From assembly GCA_016124845.1 (NCBI GenBank), contig WGMW01000013.1, positions 46,064 through 110,063 of the forward strand: a stretch of 64,000 nucleotides of DNA, read 5' to 3'. Source of the stretch: Flavobacteriales bacterium. Its GTDB lineage: Bacteria; Bacteroidota; Bacteroidia; UBA10329. Made by a program: the position numbers and the translations under genes. Position 1 is the first letter of the stretch. The number at the start of each line of letters is the position of its first letter. The notes below the pieces were generated by a model, which searched no databases, was not told the DNA's origin, and saw only the letters and a program-made list of their open reading frames with translations. Below are positions 30,081-37,984 of this stretch, one piece after another.

Positions 30081-30518
30081 TTGGGGCTTTACCTACGTAC
30101 TTACTTTATTCGTTCACATGTATTATTCGTATCAGTTTTGAGTTGGAAAGACTTTTTTAAAGGAAATGGCACGGTTTCAACCTCTAAGGTGCCATGGAAG
30201 AATCTGACAGAGGAGCAACAGATTCAGAATATTGTAGAGCTATCGCACGAAAAACCGCAGCTGATCTTTAAGCACAGCACGCGCTGTTCCATCAGCATAA
30301 TGGCCAAAAGCAGATTGGACTCGGATTGGAACCTGGAAAACGTGGAACCGTGGTACCTCGACCTGCTTTCCTATCGCAATGTTTCCAATGCGGTGGCATC
30401 ACAATTGGGCGTGCAACACGAATCTCCGCAGGCCATTCTGCTGAAAGATGGCGTGGTCGTGCATGACAGTTCGCACAATGCTATTTCACTTCGCGAGTTG
30501 AGGAGGTGGGATAGGTAA
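30081..30518 (+). CDS. ytxJ: bacillithiol-system redox protein YtxJ (monothiol, TCPIS-type motif)
   Basis: ...EEQQIQNIVELSHEKPQLIFKHSTRCSISIMA... matches the YtxJ family (KHSxxCxIS). True start is probably downstream of the track ATG (non-ATG start), since the family is about 110 aa. Confidence 0.7.
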   Translation: MGLYLRTYFIRSHVLFVSVLSWKDFFKGNGTVSTSKVPWKNLTEEQQIQNIVELSHEKPQLIFKHSTRCSISIMAKSRLDSDWNLENVEPWYLDLLSYRNVSNAVASQLGVQHESPQAILLKDGVVVHDSSHNAISLRELRRWDR

Positions 30519-30584
30519 AGAATTTCCCGACAATTTGTCGGCACAATGTCACCAAACGCTATATTTGGGGAAAGCCTCAAATAA

Positions 30585-31181
30585 ATGGTATTGCTTGATA
30601 TTGGGAGTTGGTGGAATGGCCTGATGACGGTAGAAAAGATCTACTGGGGCATCGCCATTCTTGCATCTATTTTCTTTCTCATTCAACTGGTCATCACGTT
30701 CATGGGAGCGGATGCGGATGTCGATATGGAGATGGACCTTTCTACCGATATGGAAGTGGAAATGGACCACGGAATGGGATTTCAGTTCTTCACGCTGAAG
30801 AACCTGCTGGGCTTTTTCACACTCTTCGGCTGGACGGGTCTCGGCTGCCTGGACATGGGACTTTCATTGTTCCCGACCTTGGCCATTTCGAGTGCCAGCG
30901 GACTGGTAATGATGACCATCATGGCCACTATTTTCTACTTTATGAGCCAAATGACAGACAGCGGCACCATCAACATGAAAAACGCCATTGGTCAGACAGG
31001 AACCGTTTATTTGGTCATTCCTGCCAAACGTGCAGCCATTGGCAAGGTGAGTTTGGAAATTCAGGGAAGGAACATGGAGATGAATGCGATTACTGATGAT
31101 GAGACCGAAATCCCGACAGGAGGGGTGGTCGTGGTCTCGCAGGTCATCAACAACGGTCTTCTATTAGTAAAACGTCAATAA
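30585..31181 (+). CDS. NfeD-like membrane protein (YqiJ-like) with C-terminal OB-fold
   Basis: N-terminal TM helices, acidic D/E/M-rich linker, C-terminal beta-rich domain (...GTVYLVIPAKRAAIGKVSLEIQGR...). Located directly upstream of a flotillin gene, as in yqiJK/nfeD-floT pairs. Confidence 0.65.
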   Translation: MVLLDIGSWWNGLMTVEKIYWGIAILASIFFLIQLVITFMGADADVDMEMDLSTDMEVEMDHGMGFQFFTLKNLLGFFTLFGWTGLGCLDMGLSLFPTLAISSASGLVMMTIMATIFYFMSQMTDSGTINMKNAIGQTGTVYLVIPAKRAAIGKVSLEIQGRNMEMNAITDDETEIPTGGVVVVSQVINNGLLLVKRQ

Positions 31182-31190
31182 TCTAAACCT

Positions 31191-32810
31191 ATGAGTTATA
31201 TCATTATCGGAGTAGTTGCGGGAATTCTGTTCCTGTTTGTGCTTATTGTTTCATTGCTGGCGCGATACAAGCGCTGCCCTTCTGACCACATTTTGGTGGT
31301 TTATGGTAAGGTCGGTAGCGATGCCGAAGGCGGCCGTTCGGCCAAGTGTATTCACGGTGGCGCGGCTTTCATTTGGCCGATCTTTCAGGATTACGCCTTT
31401 TTGGATCTGACACCGCTTTCCATTGAGGTGAATCTCACATCTGCATTGAGCCGTCAGAACATCCGTGTGGATGTACCGTCACGCTTTACCGTTGGTATTT
31501 CTACAGAACCAGCCACCATGGTCAATGCGGCCGAGCGTCTCCTTGGTCTTTCCAAGCAGGATATTCACAACCTCGCCATCGACATCATTTTCGGTCAGTT
31601 GCGTCTTGTGGTTGCCACCATGGACATTGAAGAGATAAACAACAACCGCGACAAGTTCCTCTCGAACGTGGCAAGCAACGTGGAGGCGGAATTGCAGAAG
31701 ATCGGCCTCAAGCTCATCAACGTGAACGTAACGGACATCAAGGATGAGTCAGGCTACATCGAAGCACTTGGAAAAGAAGCGGCCGCTAAAGCGGTGAACG
31801 ATGCAAGAAAGACCGTTGCCGAGAAAAACCGTGATGGTTCTATCGGTGAATCGATCGCGCAGAAAGATGAGCGAGTGCAAGTAGCTGCGGCCATTGCTGA
31901 GGCGAAGATCGGGGAAGCGGCAGCGAATCAGAACGAGCGTGTTCAGGTGGCAAGTGCCGATTCGAAAGCAAAAGTGGGCGAGGCTGAGGCCAACGCCAAC
32001 GCGAGAATCGGAGAAGCCGAGGCCCAGAAACAGGAAAGAATGAGTGTTGCCGAGGCGAACGCCCGAGCGGTTGAGGGAGAAAACACATCAAGAATTGCCA
32101 TTGCCGATTCAGACTCAGAGAGAAGGCAGCGGGAAGCAGAGGCGGTGAAAAAAGCGGTGGCGATGGAAAAGGTTTCTCAGGCGAGAGCCTTGGAAGAGGC
32201 CTACGCGGCTGAGGAAAAAGCAGAACGCGCCCGTGCCGAGAAAGAGCGCGCCACGCAAACTGCCAATCAGGTTGTAAGCGCGGAGGTTGATAAGACCAAG
32301 ATCGAGATCGATGCCGAGGCGGAAGCAGAGCGCATCCGAAGAATTGCCAAAGGTGAGGCCGATGCGATCCTGTTCAGAAAACAAGCGGAGGCACAAGGTC
32401 TTTACGAGGTATTGAGCAAGCAGGCGCAAGGTTTCCAACAATTGGTCAGCGCGGCTGGAAACAACTCGAAAGATGCAGCCATGCTGATGATCGCGGACAA
32501 ACTGGAACAGCTTGTAAGACTTCAGGCCGAGGCCATCCAGAATGTGAAGATCGACAAGGTGACGGTTTGGGACAGCGGTTCGAAAGGAAAGGACGGCAAG
32601 ACAAACACGGCCGACTTCATCTCTGGAATGTACGGTTCCGTTCCGCCTTTGCAGGAGATGTTCCAAATGGCAGGGTTGAATCTGCCTGAATACCTGAAAG
32701 GAAAAGAGGGTGGAGATGAGGAAGTTCAGGATGCTGGGGTGGAAGAAAAACCAGCACCGAAATCTGCTCCAAAGGATGACTCCGACAAGAACGAAAAAGA
32801 GGAAAAGTAA
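31191..32810 (+). CDS. flotillin (SPFH/band 7 family) protein
   Basis: N-terminal TM, SPFH domain, long Ala/Glu-rich coiled-coil (flotillin EA repeats), C-terminal acidic tail. 539 aa. Confidence 0.85.
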   Translation: MSYIIIGVVAGILFLFVLIVSLLARYKRCPSDHILVVYGKVGSDAEGGRSAKCIHGGAAFIWPIFQDYAFLDLTPLSIEVNLTSALSRQNIRVDVPSRFTVGISTEPATMVNAAERLLGLSKQDIHNLAIDIIFGQLRLVVATMDIEEINNNRDKFLSNVASNVEAELQKIGLKLINVNVTDIKDESGYIEALGKEAAAKAVNDARKTVAEKNRDGSIGESIAQKDERVQVAAAIAEAKIGEAAANQNERVQVASADSKAKVGEAEANANARIGEAEAQKQERMSVAEANARAVEGENTSRIAIADSDSERRQREAEAVKKAVAMEKVSQARALEEAYAAEEKAERARAEKERATQTANQVVSAEVDKTKIEIDAEAEAERIRRIAKGEADAILFRKQAEAQGLYEVLSKQAQGFQQLVSAAGNNSKDAAMLMIADKLEQLVRLQAEAIQNVKIDKVTVWDSGSKGKDGKTNTADFISGMYGSVPPLQEMFQMAGLNLPEYLKGKEGGDEEVQDAGVEEKPAPKSAPKDDSDKNEKEEK

Positions 32811-33200
32811 ATGACAGCTGACGAAACGAAAACCATGTTGGCCTTGCTGGTGCAACTGGCAAAGGCCGATGGAACGGTCGATCTGAAGGAGGATTTCTTC
32901 ATCAAACTGTTTGCCCACAACAACTCCGTGGACCCAGGTGAATTTGACCGCATCTGTCGTTCGCCCGAAATGTATGCGCGCAATCTCGGTTCGCTTACTG
33001 ATAAGGAAGACGTGTTTGTGCGCCTGTGCAGTTTCGTGTATTTCGACATGAAAGCGGATGATGCCGAGTTGGAATGGTGCCGCAACGTGGGCCGTCAACT
33101 GGATCTTTCCGCCACCAAGGTGGACGAGGTCATCAGCACCATCCAAACCAGCGATGCGCCTTTGTCGGTGCAAGAACTTACCGAACTGGTCAAAGCATAA
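32811..33200 (+). CDS. TerB-like domain protein
   Basis: 129 aa starting at the flotillin stop. ...MLALLVQLAKADGTVDLKEDFFI... and ...ADDAELEWCRNVGRQLDLS... resemble the tandem helical repeats of the TerB fold. Confidence 0.5.
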   Translation: MTADETKTMLALLVQLAKADGTVDLKEDFFIKLFAHNNSVDPGEFDRICRSPEMYARNLGSLTDKEDVFVRLCSFVYFDMKADDAELEWCRNVGRQLDLSATKVDEVISTIQTSDAPLSVQELTELVKA

Positions 33201-33236
33201 AATGAAGGCAATTATCTTAGGGCGAAATTCAACCCG

Positions 33237-34244
33237 ATGAGATACCTTTTCCTGTTGGCCGTTCTTGGCCTTGTAAGCTGTTCGCAACCAAAGCAAGAAG
33301 AAGCGGTTGCCGAAACACCATCTTGCGAATACAATGATTTCAAAACCCCTGGCAATTATCAGGCTGGCGGAGTTCAGATGATCGACCTGAAAGAAGGCTA
33401 CAAGGTTTGGACGAAGCGTTTTGGAAACAGCCCGATGAAAGTGCTGATCCTGCACGGTGGCCCAGCGGGAACGCACGAATACTTGGAGAGCTTCCAGAGC
33501 TTTTTCCCGAAGGCGAATATTGAGTTTTTTGAATACGACCAGCTTGGTTCGTATTACTCCGATCAACCGACTGACACCAGCCTTTACAACATACCACGGT
33601 TTGTAGAGGAGGTAGAGCAGGTGCGCCAGAAATTGGGTTTGAACAAGGACAACTTTATTCTTCTCGGACAAAGTTGGGGCGGTATTCTTGCCATGGAATA
33701 TGCACTCAAGTACCAACAGAACCTGAAAGGATTGGTAATCTGCAACATGACGGCCGATTTCCATAAATACGCGGCTTACAACAACAAACTCCGCGAAGAA
33801 CTCCGCCCGAGTTTGGTGGACACGCTGAAGATGTATGAAGACGCGGGCGATTACTCAAACCCTGTTTACTTGGAATTGGTGGAGAAGGAATTCTACGCCA
33901 AACACATTTGCCGCATTTATCCATTTCCTGAGCCAGTTGCGCGCAGCTTCTCGCACTTCAACATGGATGTTTATACCTATATGCAAGGCCCAAGCGAGTT
34001 TGTTCCAGGCGGTATTCTGAAGGACTGGAGCGTTTGGGACAGATTGCATGAAATTTCTGTTCCCACGTTGATGGTCGGAGCCAAGTACGACAGCATGAAC
34101 CCTGAGGAAATGAAGGAGATGTCAACCCTTGTTCAGAACGGGGAATACCTCTACTGCCCGAATGGCAGCCACCTCGCCCTGTGGGACGACCAGCAGGTTT
34201 TTATGGATGGGGTGATCGGGTTTATTCATCGGGTATTCGAATGA
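33237..34244 (+). CDS. proline iminopeptidase-family alpha/beta hydrolase (lipoprotein)
   Basis: Lipoprotein signal MRYLFLLAVLGLVSCSQ, GQSWGG nucleophile elbow, prolyl aminopeptidase-like size. Last about 40 nt are repeated at 34961..35007. Confidence 0.8.
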   Translation: MRYLFLLAVLGLVSCSQPKQEEAVAETPSCEYNDFKTPGNYQAGGVQMIDLKEGYKVWTKRFGNSPMKVLILHGGPAGTHEYLESFQSFFPKANIEFFEYDQLGSYYSDQPTDTSLYNIPRFVEEVEQVRQKLGLNKDNFILLGQSWGGILAMEYALKYQQNLKGLVICNMTADFHKYAAYNNKLREELRPSLVDTLKMYEDAGDYSNPVYLELVEKEFYAKHICRIYPFPEPVARSFSHFNMDVYTYMQGPSEFVPGGILKDWSVWDRLHEISVPTLMVGAKYDSMNPEEMKEMSTLVQNGEYLYCPNGSHLALWDDQQVFMDGVIGFIHRVFE

Positions 34245-34272
34245 GAGCATTTCTGTAACTTCGTAATCGGAA

Positions 34273-34920
34273 ATGTCTCAAAGACTTAAGGATGAATTAC
34301 GAGCTGTCATTTCAGGAAAGAGCAAGGTTAGGTTCGGAGCAACTATCCAAGCAGTTATCAGTAACCTTGGAACAGGCGCGCCAACAAGCACAACGACTCA
34401 AAGCCTTAAGCAGGTCAAAGGTGAAGAAGCAGAGCGCATAAGTGCTTTTGCTCGCAGATCGGGGCTTTGGCAGGAAAGCATCGATATTTCAAACTATGTG
34501 AGCGAGGGCGCAGAACAGAGGGTTTATCTTAAAGACCAAGACCATGTTCTGAAACTGAATGATGCCATCTATTTTGAAACGTGGCGCGACTATCTGCACA
34601 ATCTGTTGCTGCATAATTACTTTTTTACTGACACGGCCTATGAGCTGGTAGGATTTACACAAATAGACCATGTCTTGCATGCCATGGTAAAACAGCGATT
34701 TGTAATAAGTACGATACTTACAGACCTTTCTGAAGTTCGCAGTTTCTTGGAAACGAATGGTTTTAAGAATACGCGAAACAACGATTATTTACATGCTGGC
34801 GCTGGCGTTATTCTGGAGGATCTGCACGATGAGAATGTTCTTACTCAGAATGGCATGCTCTATTTTATTGACACAGTGTTTTATCTGACCCAAGCGTTTT
34901 GGACCGATGAACATGAATAG
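34273..34920 (+). CDS. hypothetical protein with atypical protein-kinase-like motifs (small stand-alone kinase fold?)
   Basis: 215 aa. Gly-rich NLGTGAP. VYLK (beta3 Lys-like). LEDLHDENVL resembles catalytic-loop HxDxxxxN of RIO/Kdo/Bud32-type kinases. YFIDT resembles the DFG-equivalent. No signal peptide. Confidence 0.45.
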   Translation: MSQRLKDELRAVISGKSKVRFGATIQAVISNLGTGAPTSTTTQSLKQVKGEEAERISAFARRSGLWQESIDISNYVSEGAEQRVYLKDQDHVLKLNDAIYFETWRDYLHNLLLHNYFFTDTAYELVGFTQIDHVLHAMVKQRFVISTILTDLSEVRSFLETNGFKNTRNNDYLHAGAGVILEDLHDENVLTQNGMLYFIDTVFYLTQAFWTDEHE

Positions 34921-34960
34921 TTGAGCTACCTTGCCACCAACGGCAATTAAACGGGTTCTT

Positions 34961-35007
34961 TGGATGATGTGATCGGGTTTATTCACCGAACGTTTGAGGA
35001 GGATTAA
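34961..35007 (+). repeat. degenerate direct repeat of the iminopeptidase gene 3' end (remnant LDDVIGFIHRTFEED* segment)
   Basis: Aligns with 34205..34244 (MDGVIGFIHRVFE*) at about 78% nt identity. 10 of 13 encoded residues identical. Confidence 0.75.
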
Positions 35008-36161
35008 CGCCTTGCTCGGCTGAGCCGATAGGAAACCCCAACGGTTGGTAGGATGTAAGGTTTCCCGACCTTATTGATGAACGTAAACGGTTGGCCCAAG
35101 CTCCATATCAGGTTCATTCCAGCAAAACCCGAAAATCCTTTGTCAAGGTTCACTTTCCCGCGCAGCGTGACATAAGGATCCACACTTGCATTGAACAATG
35201 AGGCGGCAAGCCCCCCACCAACCTGAAACCCTGTGTTGTTCCAAAGAAACGCCATTCCCATATCCAAGTGGCCTTGAAGCAATGGCATGGCGGTTCCCAA
35301 GCCTGTTCGGAAATAGTAGTTGGCCACTTTGCGAGGAGAAAGAGGCACATAAAGCGTGTAGTGAACCGTTACCACAGCAGGGCCGAAAATGCTTAGACCG
35401 AATTCGCTGTTTCGCCAAATTAGCCCTGTATCCTGCTGAGCAACTTCGGCAAGCGTGTTTCGCAAGCGTTCCCGCTCGGTTTTACGGTAAGCGTTTCGTT
35501 CTGGCCGTTCCATCCTTGCGTATGCCACAAACTCCTTGTGCTGTTTCCACGAAGGAATGCGATACCCGATATAAGCACTTGGCCAAATAGAGAAAACGGG
35601 ATAGTTGTTCCGTTTGCTTATCGTTGGCCCATATTCGGACTGGCCACCGATCAAGTAGAGTTTTGTCCCGAACAGGAATCCCGTGGGAGCCTGATACCGA
35701 TACCCGACCGAGCCGAAGAGGTTGAATTCCATGTAGGCAGGGATAGGTTCCCAATATGGGTTTTGAGTTTGCGAGAAGTATACGTTCCATAGGCCACCAC
35801 CAATCGTCAATCGGTTTCTGCGCCTCCCGAATTCGGCTGAAAGCGCGTATATCAGAGAGGCCCTGTATTTGATATATCCAGCGGTATAGGGACCGAGAGC
35901 TCCAGCACCGAAACGAATGTTCAAGGTCATGATGTCGGTCATGATCGGAGAACCCTCAAGGTTCAAGGTCACGCCTGTTCCCAGCCCTAAGAACTCAGTG
36001 TAGGAAGCAACCCTGCCCAAAAACGGGCGGAAGGCCACCTTACGGCCAGCACCATTCACATCATCGATCTTTGGGAGTTGAGCCAGGCCAAACTTCCCAA
36101 CAAGAAGGATTAAAACAAGCGTAGTTGTCCAGCGCATGCGTTGGACAACGAAACGAAACAA
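35004..36161 (-). CDS. hypothetical outer-membrane beta-barrel protein
   Basis: Signal peptide, alternating amphipathic beta-strand pattern, aromatic-rich, C-terminal ...VSYRLSRARR. 385 aa. Confidence 0.55.
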   Translation of the reverse strand: MFRFVVQRMRWTTTLVLILLVGKFGLAQLPKIDDVNGAGRKVAFRPFLGRVASYTEFLGLGTGVTLNLEGSPIMTDIMTLNIRFGAGALGPYTAGYIKYRASLIYALSAEFGRRRNRLTIGGGLWNVYFSQTQNPYWEPIPAYMEFNLFGSVGYRYQAPTGFLFGTKLYLIGGQSEYGPTISKRNNYPVFSIWPSAYIGYRIPSWKQHKEFVAYARMERPERNAYRKTERERLRNTLAEVAQQDTGLIWRNSEFGLSIFGPAVVTVHYTLYVPLSPRKVANYYFRTGLGTAMPLLQGHLDMGMAFLWNNTGFQVGGGLAASLFNASVDPYVTLRGKVNLDKGFSGFAGMNLIWSLGQPFTFINKVGKPYILPTVGVSYRLSRARR

Positions 36162-36191
36162 AGAATAGTATTTGAAGCGTTCGGTTTGGTG

Positions 36192-37901
36192 TTAAACCGC
36201 CTCCACGGTCAACCCAGCATCCGTCTTGGTCACCTTGGCAACGCCCATAGAGGTTAGCCCTTTGATGCTCTTGTCCCACTGCTTTCCGCTGAGAGCAGAT
36301 CGGGTTTTCAGGTCGTTCAGGTCCATGGGCGAGTTCTTGGCAAGAATGTCGAAAACAAGTTTCTCGTTCTCGTTCAGCTCTACTTTCTTCTCTGTCTTTT
36401 TCTCTGGCCGCATCTGAGGGAAGAACAGAATGTCCTGAATAGAATGCTGGTCGGTCAGCATCATGGCCAAGCGATCCATGCCGATGCCCATTCCTGAAGT
36501 TGGCGGCATGCCGTATTCCAATGCGCGCAAGAAATCCTGATCGATCATCATGGCCTCATCATCACCACGGTCGGCCAAACGCATTTGCTCTTCAAAACGC
36601 TCGCGCTGCTCCAACGGATCGTTCAGCTCAGAGTATGCGTTGGCAATCTCCTTTCCGCAGATCATCAGCTCAAAGCGCTCCACCAATCCTTCTTTGCTGC
36701 GGTGCTTTTTGGTCAGTGGCGACATTTCAACGGGATAATCCGTGATGAATGTTGGCTGAACATAATTCGCCTCACATTTCTCACCAAAGATCTCATCGAT
36801 GAGTTTGCCTTTGCCCATGCTTGGGTCAACCTCCACGCCAAGGTCTTTGCACACTTGGCGCAATTCTTCCTCACCCATGCCAGTGATGTCAACACCTGTA
36901 TGCTCCTTGATGGCATCCAGCATCGGTACGCGTGGATAAGGCGCTTTGAAGCTCACCTCCATGTTTCCGTACTTGATCTCGGTCGTGCCATTCAGCGCAA
37001 TACAGGCTTTTTCGAGAAGCTTCTCGGTGAAGTCCATCATCCAATTGTAATCCTTGTAGGCCACGTAGATCTCCATCACCGTGAACTCAGGATTGTGTGT
37101 GCGGTCCATGCCTTCGTTACGGAAATCCTTGGCGAACTCGTACACGCCATCGAAACCGCCCACGATCAATCGCTTCAGGTAAAGCTCGTTCGCAATACGC
37201 AGATAAAGGGGAATGTTCAGCGCGTTATGATGCGTGATGAACGGACGTGCAGCTGCACCACCAGGAATGGCCTGCAGGATAGGCGTTTCCACCTCCAAAA
37301 TATCATGCTCGTTGAAGTAATCGCGGAACACGCTGTAAAGCTTCGTGCGCTTCTTGAAAACCTCTTTGGTTTTCGGGTTCACCACAAGATCCACGTACCG
37401 CTGACGATAGCGGAACTCCGCATCGGTCACCGCATCATGCACCTTTCCGTCTGCATCGGTCTTTACCACAGGCAGCGGCTTCACCGACTTGGCAAGCACG
37501 GTCAATTCCTTCACATGTACTGAAGTTTCGCCAACCTGCGTTCTGAAAACATGCCCTTTAATGCCGATGAAATCACCGAAATCGAGCAGTTTCTTGAACA
37601 CCTCATTATAAAGCGTCTTGTCATCGCCAGGGCAGATCTCGTCTCTCGCGATGTAGATCTGCACACGGCCAGAAGCATCTTGCAGCTCCGCAAACGAGGC
37701 TTTTCCCATCACACGCACGCTCATCAAGCGACCAGCAAGAACCACATCGTTCAACTCTTCGCCACCCTCGAAACGTTTCTTCAGGTCCGTAGCAAGAATG
37801 TTCACGGGGAATTCGGCCGCTGGATACGGGTCAATGCCAAGGTCTTCGAGCTTCTTCAGCGCATCGCGTCTGACAATCTCCTGTTCGCTTAGTTCGTGCA
37901 T
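36192..37901 (-). CDS. lysS: lysine--tRNA ligase (class II) with C-terminal extension
   Basis: Internal start MHELSEQEIVRRDALKKLEDLGIDPYPA.... Anticodon-binding OB domain, class II motifs. The 138-aa upstream extension of the track ORF is Arg/Pro-rich junk overlapping the REP element. Confidence 0.9.
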   Translation of the reverse strand: MHELSEQEIVRRDALKKLEDLGIDPYPAAEFPVNILATDLKKRFEGGEELNDVVLAGRLMSVRVMGKASFAELQDASGRVQIYIARDEICPGDDKTLYNEVFKKLLDFGDFIGIKGHVFRTQVGETSVHVKELTVLAKSVKPLPVVKTDADGKVHDAVTDAEFRYRQRYVDLVVNPKTKEVFKKRTKLYSVFRDYFNEHDILEVETPILQAIPGGAAARPFITHHNALNIPLYLRIANELYLKRLIVGGFDGVYEFAKDFRNEGMDRTHNPEFTVMEIYVAYKDYNWMMDFTEKLLEKACIALNGTTEIKYGNMEVSFKAPYPRVPMLDAIKEHTGVDITGMGEEELRQVCKDLGVEVDPSMGKGKLIDEIFGEKCEANYVQPTFITDYPVEMSPLTKKHRSKEGLVERFELMICGKEIANAYSELNDPLEQRERFEEQMRLADRGDDEAMMIDQDFLRALEYGMPPTSGMGIGMDRLAMMLTDQHSIQDILFFPQMRPEKKTEKKVELNENEKLVFDILAKNSPMDLNDLKTRSALSGKQWDKSIKGLTSMGVAKVTKTDAGLTVEAV

Positions 37902-37984
37902 GCGTAAAATTTTGCGCAAAGATAACAGCCGAGGCCAAGGCTTCCTCGCTTCAAAACTTTGAGACACACTATATTCGCGTTCGC

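Noticed and set aside
31800-32400. Repetitive DNA within flotillin that could be mistaken for a tandem repeat array or CRISPR-like structure
   Set aside because: Periodicity reflects the Ala/Glu coiled-coil coding repeats. No spacer-repeat organisation. No CRISPR arrays seen anywhere in the window.
32115-33764. 549-aa minus-strand ORF spanning the flotillin 3' end, the TerB-like gene and the iminopeptidase 5' end
   Set aside because: Antisense shadow of three well-supported plus-strand genes. Low-complexity translation driven by the GC-rich Ala/Glu repeat region of flotillin.
26228-35007. Classical mobile element (IS, transposon, integrative element) as the explanation for the two islands
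   Set aside because: No transposase, integrase, relaxase, terminal inverted repeats or tRNA attachment site were found. The only tRNA (Gln, 16735..16807) is 9 kb away and unaffected.
36585-37523. 312-aa plus-strand ORF
   Set aside because: Antisense shadow of lysS.
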